A stretch of DNA of 63,246 nucleotides, filler included, from Stramenopiles sp. TOSAG23-3 (Eukaryota): NCBI GenBank assembly GCA_900128585.1. It is 13 parts of 13 records of this genome, joined end to end, with 100 filler letters (N's around TTAATTAATTAA, not from the genome) between each part and the next. Parts side by side here need not be neighbours in the genome. Positions count along the whole stretch, not along the records: positions 38,962 to 44,410 come from LT643526.1; positions 44,511 to 49,957 come from LT643527.1; positions 50,058 to 55,501 come from LT643528.1; 10 more parts are not named here. One strand, 5' to 3'. Each line of letters opens with the position of its first letter. Position 1 is the first letter of the stretch. The notes below the pieces were generated by a model. It saw only the letters and a list, made by a program, of their open reading frames with translations, searched no databases and was not told the origin of the DNA. The position numbers and the translations under genes were made by a program. This document shows, piece by piece, positions 42,401 through 52,405 of the stretch.

Positions 42401-44410
42401 AATATATTGAAAGCGTACCACAGGTTTAAGTTTAATATCTGCTTCAATGCACTTAGATACTCGCTTGTCGGCGTATTCTGTCTGAAGTAAATATCGAGCA
42501 GATGACTCTATAAAAACTCCCGTAGATGACTGCAACCGTTCAAATAGTATTTCACGTTGGTATCGTTCTAGGCAGAGGTCGCGGAGTTTACCGATTTCGT
42601 CAACATCAAACGCAAGCCATCCAAATCTCAACAGTACTTCGCGCTCAACAACGTTACACCAGAAACTAATTGAGTGAGGGCCATCACCAAAAATAGTATT
42701 GTACGCTGTTGCACAAAACTCTCTACATCGTTGCATACTGACCTTCTTTTCATACCTTATTAAGATACGCTGACTTTTACGCATAAATTGCTTAAGTGCC
42801 CGAACGACCATTTCTACAAGTAGAACTCGTCGAAGTTGACCACATTCAAGTGGGACATGAGCCCGAAGAAGGCCTAGATGCCGTAAATTAATACCGTGCT
42901 TATGAAGAGTTTCCCCTACACACATAGGGTCTAACGCACCACTTGATGAAGATAATTTTCTCGCTAATCGTGGGATCACATCTTGAATTAGCCTCATTGT
43001 TGCGTCATGGACATCACTAGAGTAGATATCACCTTTTTCATCTCCTGTAGAAAACGCAGTGAACGTGTCACATGAAAGTGGTTTTGCCCCAGCCGCAACA
43101 AGTTCTGGTCGCAGAAGTCTACAGAAAAGACTCGCTCCTTTCATCCCGGCAAGCATAGGACTAAACCTGAGATGGGGAACGGCTTGAGGGCTTTCTGGTG
43201 GAAAAAGTCTCGCGAGATCCACAAGATATGTTCTTCTATCAGCGTGACTTACGTGTACTTCTAAATCAGCTGCTGTACTTACTAGATGACTATTTCCTGT
43301 GGAGCGTTCGATTACCGTATGTGGAGCCAGATTTAACGCTTCTCCAAGCTTTCTCATCTTTTCTATTGGTTGTGCAGTTGTCTCCGCTAAGCCTGAGGGA
43401 CTTGCAATAGTCCATAAACCATTCGACGAACCCAGCTCTAATGTACTATTATTAACTCCTTTCTGCGGATCTTGATTTGTTGATTTTATCGGTAGCAACG
43501 CTTGCGCTTGCAATCGATGACCAAGGTAGTCAATCACAACTTGTAACGCGAAATGAAGTCCGTCAATTTCCGCATTGAAAGCATGTTCACAGCCCAGAAG
43601 ATCATTGGCAAGAGCTTTTGCACCGAATTCGTAACTACCGTTGTACACAGTAGAAACATTAGCAGCCTTGAAGAATATATCACCTACTATAAATTTTTCT
43701 CCGCCAGCGATACCTCCTATTGATTTTGTATTCCGCATAATTGTTCTACTATCAGGTGCAAGGAATTGTTCAAGAATAATTACTTTTGCATAAGTTCTTG
43801 CCAGAAAAATGAAATTCTGGGTAATTTCAGTTAATCTTTGAAACTTTTTCAATTTTTGTTGTCTTGTTTCAGAAGGCATTTCAAGTGCACTTTGAAATTG
43901 TGCATTAAAATTGACTCTTTTTAAATCATCTTCAGGTTTGCTTTGTTTTTGACTTAATTCATGTTTATAATGTATCGTATCTCTTTCATTTGTACTTGTT
44001 GTAACTGTACTACTATAACCACTAGGTTCATATGTAATATAAGTATCTTTTTTAGCGTGTAAGGTACTTTCATATGTACTTTCAGTGAAAACATCAGATT
44101 GAGAAATATTTGTTTCATAAGTAGTATATCCATCAAAAACACCAACGGGTGAAGAGTTATTACTACTAATACTTGTACCATTATTTGAAGTTTTATTTGG
44201 TTCATACGTAGTATATTCACTTGACACAATTCGAGATGTTGCTACGAAAGATTGGGTATCACTATTCATATCTTTGACAGAACTTTTAACTTCATTTTGA
44301 GTTTCAATACTAGTACGGCGCCGGAGAGTCGAAATCTGTTGTGGATCTTCAGAACATTTTTGAATATGACGTATGACAAGGTCATAGCCAGACTCCTGCA
44401 CAAAAATTGG
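39416..44410 (-). CDS. CLU-domain + RI-like LRR + PfkB/ribokinase-like fusion protein (5' truncated)
   Basis: GGIAGGEKF, VIDYLGHRLQAQALLP, YLVDLARLFPPE, LHKHGINLRHLG (CLU); LILDKNDLEDAG and LSLWNNSFGNRG (LRR); GGNGANQAIMAAKLG..KLGHDEH (PfkB). Confidence 0.9.
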   Translation of the reverse strand, partial: PIFVQESGYDLVIRHIQKCSEDPQQISTLRRRTSIETQNEVKSSVKDMNSDTQSFVATSRIVSSEYTTYEPNKTSNNGTSISSNNSSPVGVFDGYTTYETNISQSDVFTESTYESTLHAKKDTYITYEPSGYSSTVTTSTNERDTIHYKHELSQKQSKPEDDLKRVNFNAQFQSALEMPSETRQQKLKKFQRLTEITQNFIFLARTYAKVIILEQFLAPDSRTIMRNTKSIGGIAGGEKFIVGDIFFKAANVSTVYNGSYEFGAKALANDLLGCEHAFNAEIDGLHFALQVVIDYLGHRLQAQALLPIKSTNQDPQKGVNNSTLELGSSNGLWTIASPSGLAETTAQPIEKMRKLGEALNLAPHTVIERSTGNSHLVSTAADLEVHVSHADRRTYLVDLARLFPPESPQAVPHLRFSPMLAGMKGASLFCRLLRPELVAAGAKPLSCDTFTAFSTGDEKGDIYSSDVHDATMRLIQDVIPRLARKLSSSSGALDPMCVGETLHKHGINLRHLGLLRAHVPLECGQLRRVLLVEMVVRALKQFMRKSQRILIRYEKKVSMQRCREFCATAYNTIFGDGPHSISFWCNVVEREVLLRFGWLAFDVDEIGKLRDLCLERYQREILFERLQSSTGVFIESSARYLLQTEYADKRVSKCIEADIKLKPVVRFQYIHDFWKGMLLELSAETKQSCCDYTSSLRLREVAMPHFKAALDSVPNDLYIMDTYKKSLSRLVQLMIFVNPVTLERSTNEGVKLHGLIPSPVCLRRLTGLLTGREGIDSNIIFILQQALKSGQYHIASDILVFLRLSTPKNDIVLTLDSPINEASDTKSTSIEESGKFELPKSLSHTVSSTGFILPAISPGISTRTRSLSLSFSLSDLFPIESTCVQAVSLFCEGYVCGRGNDIILKLKELQSLNQCNNIRSAATSNSTTQEKTESWRPESLKVLEESNSSITLKIGDFSDVLSHRTNRLSSIACQFCVRRLISSYFRKSSIRNNITLNLGGADIGSLKNTSDVFTQLRLNRNSSGSIARSSSQLSYSLSYSDDDDSMNFLKSGGSPGIGAFLTETLPSIKSLEGLILDKNDLEDAGVIELCSLPKNIQIRFTSLKHLSLWNNSFGNRGATSLCKILKNMNSLTHLDVSYNNIEDKSMTQIFVASMRSRMEKYPGMLPLRIIFENNKLKRLSTLEPEINLTEDKLQSLLQKINLSPSPSKSRSNVPYRRGRVSVREIQEETSKNERGACRLVMRRAIELAAESDEHDYKTLKALLSLDFGKDIVEACKPKLRQLFQMSADGIDTSLYRENCILSVFQTNDTSNPQRTGLVDEETTSTLALENATVVQTVSPTTGRCKIQWAGTKHHSIQSNIVSRNTPLRSEVIVIGSANFEHIVLTDKIPRVNSTQIGHGYRNCVGGNGANQAIMAAKLGASVKLLCKLGHDEHADQIIEKLKNNNVDCTLVLRNKDLTTGLSFIIVDRTGHHSTVLNPGANKSLSVADIDRAKYAFTTANVLTISLGVTLAVVRASVKLAIRERLMSVLHLSPILSDTSFDEDLLALPNVVVITKGDMDNLLGIANIPALPFGVSQDSKYLGLTALVEKYDFKVLILIEHGRATLAFSDEREVETVVVPKTKRFVDFSGAAECFVGSFAFFLSQKETISDAAKHAAELCSSVQW

Positions 44411-44511
44411 NNNNNNNNNNNNNNNNNNNNNNNNNNNNNNNNNNNNNNNNNNNNTTAATTAATTAANNNNNNNNNNNNNNNNNNNNNNNNNNNNNNNNNN
44501 NNNNNNNNNNC

Positions 44512-45672
44512 GACGCCGCGGAGGCAGCGAAAAACGCGACTTTGAAAGCCAACTTAAAACGTCTGATGAAGGAAGACGTTCGTGCTGCCTGTCCGGACTG
44601 CAACGCAGAGACGGGGGTGGAGGCAACCATTCTCGCGGCGACGGGCAAAGCCGGGAAGGTCGAAGAGGAGGAGAAAAAAGAGCAAGACGCCGTGTCTGAA
44701 GAGAAAGACGAAGAACGCAAAGAAGCAAAAGTGAAAGAAGGAGAAACTGGAGTCGACGACGAAGACGAGTCCATAGATTCTGACGAAGCTGTGCTCGACG
44801 ACGAAGACGCTGCGACCGGCGACGGAGACGCTGCGACCGGCGACGAAGACGCTGCGACCGGCGACGAAGACGCTGCGACCGGCGACGGAGACGAAGAGGA
44901 CGCGGAGGACGACGAAGAGGACAGGATGGAAATGGAAGCAGAAGCCAAGCAAGAATCCGAGGAAAAAGCCGCAACCGGCGAAGACGAGGAGGAAGCAGAG
45001 GAAGAAGCAGAGGAGGAAGAAGCAGATGCCGTGCCCACCGACGAGGAGGAAGCAGAGGAAGAAGCAGAGGAGGAAGAAGCAGATGCCGTGCCCACCGACG
45101 ACGCAGAAACTGGGGTAGAAGCCGTTGACGCCACCAAGCCCGAACCCGTTAAAAAGGACGCGAAAGCTGACGAAAAGGACGCCTTGTCAAACGATGAGGA
45201 AGACGACAGTGAGCAAACGGCCGCAACTGGCGAAGAAGGCGAAGAAGGCGAAGAAGATAGCGACCCTACTGTTCAAAATGAACCCGAAACTTTAGAAGAA
45301 GTAGACAGGAAGAAAACCGTTCCTGCCCAAGAAGAAGAGGGGGACGAGGAGATGACTGCTGAAGAGAAGGCAGAAATAAAAAAAGGTGAAGACACCGAAT
45401 CTGAAGCTGGAACCGGTTCTGCAACCGGCATGGCCCCAACTGGACAATCGGGGGGCACAGGCGCGACGGGCGCGGCCGACAATGCCGAAGAGGAGGAGGA
45501 GGAGGAATCGGCAGCAGAAGCGAACGATGAAGACGAACAGAAGGCTGAGAGTGTAGCGGCCCTGAAAGGCAACAAAAAATCGAGCGACAAGATGCCGGAG
45601 AAGAGACCAGGGGAAAAGGAAAGTGCAGACGAAGCAATGAAAAAAGTGCTTGGCGAGTCGGACGATGAGTAA
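44512..45672 (+). CDS. 3' part of highly acidic low-complexity protein with internal repeats
   Basis: Open from the contig edge; E/D/A-rich; 21-bp repeat x4 (DEDAATG, ~44800-44883) and a 57-bp duplication (44983-45096). Confidence 0.75.
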   Translation, partial: DAAEAAKNATLKANLKRLMKEDVRAACPDCNAETGVEATILAATGKAGKVEEEEKKEQDAVSEEKDEERKEAKVKEGETGVDDEDESIDSDEAVLDDEDAATGDGDAATGDEDAATGDEDAATGDGDEEDAEDDEEDRMEMEAEAKQESEEKAATGEDEEEAEEEAEEEEADAVPTDEEEAEEEAEEEEADAVPTDDAETGVEAVDATKPEPVKKDAKADEKDALSNDEEDDSEQTAATGEEGEEGEEDSDPTVQNEPETLEEVDRKKTVPAQEEEGDEEMTAEEKAEIKKGEDTESEAGTGSATGMAPTGQSGGTGATGAADNAEEEEEEESAAEANDEDEQKAESVAALKGNKKSSDKMPEKRPGEKESADEAMKKVLGESDDE

Positions 45673-45908
45673 GTAGGTGGTGACCCGGCATAGGGGACCA
45701 CCTGGTCGCTCACCATCACCAATTAACGCCAGAATAACAAAATTTTGAAGTTACAAAGTACTAAAACCTTTTATGAGGATTAAATGTATTTTACGAAAAA
45801 TTAATTAAATTTTAAAATGATAAAAACGCCATTTGAAGAGAGCACGCGCCAGAAGAGTTTAGAAGAGGATCGTGCAATGACCCCTCCCCCCATTTCTCCT
45901 TGCCCTAG

Positions 45909-47327
45909 CTAGAGACTGAAAAAGCGCCCAGGGCTGCAAACGTCCACCAAATCCTTGGTCATAGGAGACAGTTCTCGTCCCATGACCAAGTCAGCGATGC
46001 ATTCGCCGATGGCTGGTGCAAACTTAAACCCTTCGCCATGGAACCCTGTCACGACAGCAACGGTCTCTGGTGCATCGGGGTGCCAGCCGACAATAAAATC
46101 ATTGTCCGCCGTACTTGTGTACAAACATCTACATACCATACTGATATCTACAACGTCAAGCGTTGGCAAATGCTTTGAGACAAATGTTTCTACAATTTTC
46201 CTTTGGTACGGGTCGACTTGGTCCGCCTTTGGCTGGTAGCATTGTAACGTTTTGCGATGGTAGGCGGTGGGATCGACAAATTCGAATGGAGATGAACCGG
46301 GTTTCACATGAAAGTCCGAAGTATGCATAAATTCTCCCATCATGTGCACTGCGCACTTGAACGCCCGTTTGCCGCCCGGCACCATTGGAACCGCGTACAC
46401 AAACCCTTTCACACCAGCCGCTTCGCTGACCACAACTTCTCCGTCTACGATCGGCATGTTTGCCACAGAGTATGCTTTCGGGGGTAGCGATGACGTATGG
46501 CTTGGGGTCAAATAAACCAATTGCTCCGCACTGACAAATATAGGAAGTGTCCTCAGCCCGGCGGAGCGCAACGTGCGGTTTGTCCAGGGCCCAGTGGCCA
46601 AGATTAGTTTTGAATACTTCACCCTCCGCCCCGAGTTGCAAACAACTTCGCGATCTTTTACATTTATTGTTTCAACCCTTTCGTTAAATTCCATCACCGC
46701 CCCATTGCGTTCGGCATTGTCCTGAAGTGCAAATATACAATCCACTGCGCTCAGTGCCAGACATTCGTGGTCAATGAACGCGGTTTCCCCGTCCTCAAAG
46801 GCAACGGCAGGAAACGATTCGTGGACATCGTCCTTTTCCAAAATGTCAATGGTTTCGACGTTGTGCCCGTTTTCTCCATGCACCCTTTTTGCATCCTCCG
46901 CTGCTTTTCGAGACGGCAAGATTAACATGTTCGATGCCTTCCAGAACAGGCTGCCACGACCGTGATCACTTTTGAAGGATTCATCTAATAACTGCAATTC
47001 CTCCCATAACGCTTTGGCGCGTCTAACCAGTTTACTGTAGACCCCCGAGTAACCGTTCTGCAAACCACGGGTGTCGCCCCACGAAGATCTTACTATATGA
47101 CTCTCATCGATGAGCATTACTTTCCCTCCTCTGGCAGCAATGCTTGATGCAATGCTTGAGCCCATAACACCTCCACCTACTACTAAAATGGGAAGGGACC
47201 CAATGTTACCTGGAGACTCTTCGGCCTCTGCGTACGCACAGTACCCAAGCGCAAACGTTGGGACGACCAAATACCGCACCCCTCGACGGAAAAGTCCCCT
47301 CCCTCGCTTGGCCACACTGTTGAACAT
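45909..47327 (-). CDS. FAD-dependent oxidoreductase, sarcosine/pipecolate oxidase family
   Basis: ILVVGGGVMGSS (FAD), SSWGDTR, LILATGPWT, RCLYTSTADNDFIVG, GFHGEGFKFAPAIG. Confidence 0.9.
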   Translation of the reverse strand: MFNSVAKRGRGLFRRGVRYLVVPTFALGYCAYAEAEESPGNIGSLPILVVGGGVMGSSIASSIAARGGKVMLIDESHIVRSSWGDTRGLQNGYSGVYSKLVRRAKALWEELQLLDESFKSDHGRGSLFWKASNMLILPSRKAAEDAKRVHGENGHNVETIDILEKDDVHESFPAVAFEDGETAFIDHECLALSAVDCIFALQDNAERNGAVMEFNERVETINVKDREVVCNSGRRVKYSKLILATGPWTNRTLRSAGLRTLPIFVSAEQLVYLTPSHTSSLPPKAYSVANMPIVDGEVVVSEAAGVKGFVYAVPMVPGGKRAFKCAVHMMGEFMHTSDFHVKPGSSPFEFVDPTAYHRKTLQCYQPKADQVDPYQRKIVETFVSKHLPTLDVVDISMVCRCLYTSTADNDFIVGWHPDAPETVAVVTGFHGEGFKFAPAIGECIADLVMGRELSPMTKDLVDVCSPGRFFSL

Positions 47328-47830
47328 ATCAGTGAGCACGAATACGGAAATAATCGCAACCTAACGGCCTCTGCCTTTTACATAATATACGAACTTCAGT
47401 GTGTGCCTGCCGGGGATGGGAGCACACTAGCTAAGAGTGATTTAAATCGAATATGTATGTATGTCATAATATTTATTATTATGTTAGGATTAATAAAGCG
47501 AATCTTTTCTTTTTTTTGTTCTTTTCTTTTTTCTTTCTACCCTTCTTCTTCTTCTTCTTCTTCTTCTTGCTTGTGGTTGTTCTCTTCTTCAACATCCACA
47601 CCACCTACCGTACCAGGTATAATACCAGGTATTAATACCACACGAAGAAAGAAGAAGAATTTTCAAATGACAATAATATTTATTATTATACCCAACGAAC
47701 ACTGATAAATAAATAAATAAAATAAAAAATAGGCAAATCCTCCTCGGATTGAAAGGTAGGTAGGTGCAAGATGTACAATCTAAATTGCATCATATCCTAG
47801 ACGACTATTCCATTCTGCAAATTATATATA

Positions 47831-47966
47831 TCAATTGGAATCTTGACCAGAACTTGGGGAGGATTTGCAATAGGAGGAGATATTGTTCTTGAACTGAGAC
47901 CTTCTTTTTTCTTTAATTTTAATTACTATAAAATAACAGCCAATTTTTCTTGTTTTATATATGATT
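47831..47966 (-). repeat. Dispersed repeat family A, copy 2
   Basis: Reverse complement of 6959-7092. Confidence 0.9.
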
Positions 47967-48050
47967 GACCCTTCTTCGGAACGCCTCACCTGATCTATTG
48001 ATTATATATACTCTATAAGAGTGTGTATAATTTATTTTGGTAAATTTTTA

Positions 48051-49957
48051 TTACTGGGACAGAAGATTCGCTGAAGAATCAATCCTATTCTGGGGAAAAT
48101 TCTTTTTGCGAGCTTTACGGCGTTTCTGTTGGAACATATGAGGTGTCCTGAGTTGTCCCCCTTCTCTCTTTTCTTGCTTCAATCGTTCTAACAAAATTTT
48201 ATTTCGCTCTCTTTGGCGCTCCATTTCTTTTTCTTGCTCGGCTATTTTTAGTTTGTCTGCAGTATCATCTTGTGCGTGCATTGGGTTTAATGCTAATTCG
48301 AAGGATCTGCTAGTACCTTCATCCTCTTGTTCAGAAGAAGTTATTAACTTTCTTCCCCCAAAAGTCTTTTGAAACTTTTTCAAACACACACCAGCGGCGG
48401 ATCCAGCAGTAATTTCAGAAAATAACGCAAGAAAAAGGTAGAATATTGAAATTATGACCAAAGCAATGACCATGACGGATATAGCAGATGCCTGCCACTC
48501 CAAATCTTCCCGATTTTCAAAGTTTCCTGATGTAAACATTATCCCAGTTGCACAAACGCATATAGCAGACCCAATCATGAACAGCTCGACAGAATTGTAA
48601 TCAAACATGTAGGTTTTTGAAGATTTCATTTTACGGTGCCTGGCATCGACAAGGTTAGAGAGACCACGCCGTCTTACACTAGATTCACTTCTGTTAACCG
48701 TGGATGATTTTACGCGTGTCGTTCTGACACTTGTTCGTGTTTTCCTTTGTTTTTCTCTCTTTTTTTTTAGGGTGTTCTTTTCCTTTACTAGCTTTCGCAT
48801 TGCTGCGTGAAAATCAGATTCTTTGTCGTCCAAATTTCTTCGTATAAAGGACATTTCTACAGCGCTCATGAACGGGCGATGCCTGACTTGCAACACATAT
48901 GCTGAAAACAACACCAATATCGTGAACGCCAATTGGAACCCAGGGTTGCTGTAGAATAGAACCGCAATAAAAGATATCGCAACTTTACGGTATATAATCC
49001 ATAAAATCCAGTAAACTTTTCCAGGTTTGAAGAAGTAATACAAATGTTTGAAACTAGTGCGAACCAGCCACACGGCCTTCGTGCTTAGCTCAAGCTCATA
49101 CCCCAGGTTGTTCGCGCGAAGAATTTGATCGGTTTTTATTTGTCTTTTATTGAACATGATAATGCAGTAAGTAGTCACTGGAAATCCTGCACCATAAAGA
49201 ATCAAGAATATCCACGCAGGACCAATAAATTGTGCTTGGAAAAAATGCTTTGTCTCCTCGTGCCTAATAGGGTCGTAGCATCGACAAAGTCCGTAAGGGC
49301 ACGAGACATCCGTGAACGTTGTGTATAAAAATCCGTCGGTCGATGGCACAATTGGATTGCACGTAAAAATCTGGAGCCCTTTTCGCACAAGCATTAAATA
49401 CATAAAGTATACCAGGATCATATAAACCGAAATGTATGAATGCCAATCTGGTCGCGAATAGTACCGGGTTCTACACAACGAATAAGCAACGTAACGGTGA
49501 AACACGTACAAAAGCAACATCACGACCAGAAATATGAGGGGCAACAACATGGTGAACCAAAATTTAACAGTGTAACTGATCTCAACTGAAATGCATTCAG
49601 GCGCTGCTACATCAATATTTAAATTGAAGATGGCGAAAAAGCGATAAAATTGTTTTAACAGGGGTGGCCAAGGTATATTTGCATTCCGAAATATTGCTAG
49701 CACCTGAAAATAATCTACACCAATTGAGATCAGTGAAGTGTTTATTTCTCGTCTTTCCATCACGGACGCCCCGTATAAGCACAGTGACAGGCCGCAGACA
49801 ACGCCAAATATCAGTAAAGGAACATTTTCAGGGCATTCAACGCATTCCCCATCCAATTTAAAATGGCCAGGAATGGTTGTTCCGTTGCTATATTCCGCTG
49901 CTTGTGTACAACTTCCACAGCGTTGCGAAGGAACACAGCGGCACACGCCCACTCCAT
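48051..49957 (-). CDS. 3' part of Cys-rich ectodomain / multi-TM receptor-like protein
   Basis: QRCGSC..GHFKLDGECVECP followed by ISIGVDYFQVL..IPWP, FNLNIDVAAPEC, LYYFFKPGKVYW, QVRHRPF; about 9-10 TM helices; open at the contig edge. Confidence 0.85.
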
Positions 49958-50059
49958 NNNNNNNNNNNNNNNNNNNNNNNNNNNNNNNNNNNNNNNNNNN
50001 NTTAATTAATTAANNNNNNNNNNNNNNNNNNNNNNNNNNNNNNNNNNNNNNNNNNNNAT

Positions 50060-52342
50060 CCGGTGGAAACGGCCACAGAGGTGGTGGCCCAGAAAGTAGA
50101 AACGGTCAATGGTGACCCTTACGGTGCAGGAGACGTCCAAAACGGAAAGGAAGGGGTGAAACTGTTGAAAATAGCAGGGCCCGTTGAAATTCCCAGAATG
50201 CTGTCCGAGGAAGAAGGGGAGAAGCAAAAAATGGAGAATGCGGCGGTGAAAATTCAGACTGCCGTGAGAGGGAAAAGGGCTAGGGCCGAGGTCAAGCATA
50301 GGAAGTATCGGACTCCACAAAAAAAACGGGGACGAAGCGCGCAAAGCCCGGGCCCCAATGTTGAAATTCGTCCCCCGCTTGAGCTGAACAATAGCTATGG
50401 AATAGATTTGTCGGTATATTCGAGGCTGTGGATACGGGATCCAGATGTTGTGCCTCTGATGTCCCAAGGGAGGCTGCTGCGAGTTCCGCACACAATAGTG
50501 TTTATGCACGGGGCCCCTACGGCGTGGTACTTCACGTCTCGGGAAAACCAGGCCTACTTAAGGCGGAAAAAGAAGAAAGTAAACCCGGGGGAGATTATAA
50601 AGCACTTCGAGAAAAGGCACAATCGGCTGGAACAGAGCTGCGGGCATAGTATCGTTGCGGTATGGATGCAAAATGCTGCCGATAGCGGCAACAAGGTTCG
50701 GAAGTTTTTGACGTTTGAGGACGTGCGAAAGATGGTACTCAACGGTGGTGGATATTCCCGCTCGCTGGGAATCCTTCAAGAGTTTGTCGACGTAGGCAGT
50801 GACAGAAGGCAGACGGTGCAAGTAGACTGGACGTGCCATATCAAACAGGTAGAATTGTGCGAATCAAGGCACCGCGTTAGGAACCAAAGCGCTACGTTAG
50901 AGCAGAGGTTGACAGACTTCGACAGCAATGAAGGGGATTTGCACAAACAGCGAATACCGGACACCTCAAAAAAGGGTGTGCTCCACTTGGGTTTCAGCGA
51001 TTCCATTGCAAAGCGCCTGGAGACGATTGCGAACATGGCCAACGGTGGACTGCTTGGGCGCTTTCCAGAGGGCTCTACGTCTGGGCCCTCGCAACCCCTA
51101 ACGTCATTCTTAAGTCTCAACCCCTCGTACTCCCAGCAAAGACCGTTTCTTAGCATCAGACTGCACCGCGCAGTTTTCAATTTTACAGTAGGAAAAGATG
51201 GGTGTAATTACTTCACCCATTGCAGTTTCTTGGACATTGGGGACAAAATTCTGGCAGGGCAGGTAAAGGGTACTAACGCGAGCGGATTTTACAGCTCTAG
51301 CGCTGAAATAAACGCGCTCTCCGAAACGAACCGAAAATCTCCCCAGATCCTTCCCAAGAAGCAGAAGAAGCCGAAAATAAAGCCCGGGAGAAGTAAAATA
51401 CTAGAAGAGATGGGGCTGAGCGCCACGCCCGATTACGGAGAGAAAATTTACAGTGAATACCAGGACGACAACTACGCTACGACAGGTGAAGCCATGAGGA
51501 CGAACTTTGTTTTCAATTCAGAGGCCCTTCTGCGCCACAAAGGGAAATTGCTGAGGAAATTTCTATGCCGATACTCCTACAACCGCTTTGGCTGCTTGGA
51601 CGCTGTGCGGATGTTTCGCTTGTTTCACTCAAAAACGGGAAACTTGGGAGTGAGCGATTTTAAAACATTTTTCCAGGAAGTGAACGTTGACATGACCGCA
51701 AGACAGTTAAAGTGCGTCATAAACCTGATCGACGACGACGGGGATGGTAGGATAGAAGTTTCTGAATTTCTAGATTGGATAAACAAAACGTCAAGTGAGG
51801 ACGACGAAGTGGATGAGTCGTCCGAGAGCCCCACAAGACGAAAAAGGCTGACGGACGGGAAGACTACTGCCAAGAAACTTGCAAAACCTAGCAGTCCAGG
51901 AAGTGCGAAGAAAGGAGAGCGCGGTGCAATAATTAGTCCAAAATTGGGCTACAGCCGACTGCCGAAAGCCACTCAGAACGCATTTGATACCTATCAGCAA
52001 ACGATGGAATCCCTTAAAATTGGGCCAAAAACGGTCATGGCGGGGGGGACCTCTGCACCGCAAGTCATAACTACTCCCAATAGTAAGGTGAACAATGGTA
52101 GGGGGCCGACCCGTCCGCAAGTTACAAACACTGGTAGGCACAACCCACAAAGACTGGCCGCAAAGACGACCCCATCTAAGCCTACAATTGTTATCAACAA
52201 TAAGAAAGGTATGAAGAAAAAGAACCAATTGTACAGCAGTGTCTATGGGAACAAGGTAAAGCGACCCTGGTCTACGCAAAAGCGCATGAAGCAGAAAAAG
52301 TTCGATCAGAAAGGAAGGAAAATTGTCGATATGCAGTTTTAA
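50060..52342 (+). CDS. IQ-motif + uncharacterised (possibly ATP-grasp-like) domain + EF-hand protein (5' truncated)
   Basis: AAVKIQTAVRGKRAR (IQ); DDDGDGRIEVSEF (EF-hand); VPHTIVF..AWYFTS..GILQEFVD domain. Confidence 0.8.
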   Translation, partial: PVETATEVVAQKVETVNGDPYGAGDVQNGKEGVKLLKIAGPVEIPRMLSEEEGEKQKMENAAVKIQTAVRGKRARAEVKHRKYRTPQKKRGRSAQSPGPNVEIRPPLELNNSYGIDLSVYSRLWIRDPDVVPLMSQGRLLRVPHTIVFMHGAPTAWYFTSRENQAYLRRKKKKVNPGEIIKHFEKRHNRLEQSCGHSIVAVWMQNAADSGNKVRKFLTFEDVRKMVLNGGGYSRSLGILQEFVDVGSDRRQTVQVDWTCHIKQVELCESRHRVRNQSATLEQRLTDFDSNEGDLHKQRIPDTSKKGVLHLGFSDSIAKRLETIANMANGGLLGRFPEGSTSGPSQPLTSFLSLNPSYSQQRPFLSIRLHRAVFNFTVGKDGCNYFTHCSFLDIGDKILAGQVKGTNASGFYSSSAEINALSETNRKSPQILPKKQKKPKIKPGRSKILEEMGLSATPDYGEKIYSEYQDDNYATTGEAMRTNFVFNSEALLRHKGKLLRKFLCRYSYNRFGCLDAVRMFRLFHSKTGNLGVSDFKTFFQEVNVDMTARQLKCVINLIDDDGDGRIEVSEFLDWINKTSSEDDEVDESSESPTRRKRLTDGKTTAKKLAKPSSPGSAKKGERGAIISPKLGYSRLPKATQNAFDTYQQTMESLKIGPKTVMAGGTSAPQVITTPNSKVNNGRGPTRPQVTNTGRHNPQRLAAKTTPSKPTIVINNKKGMKKKNQLYSSVYGNKVKRPWSTQKRMKQKKFDQKGRKIVDMQF

Positions 52343-52405
52343 ATTGTACAACAAAAAATATAACTATACTACTTTTCTAGAAAAAAAAACAAATTATATA
52401 TTAGT

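Noticed and set aside
47372..47380. U5 snRNA loop I (GCCTTTTAC)
   Set aside because: Flanks cannot form the closing stem and there is no Sm site in position.
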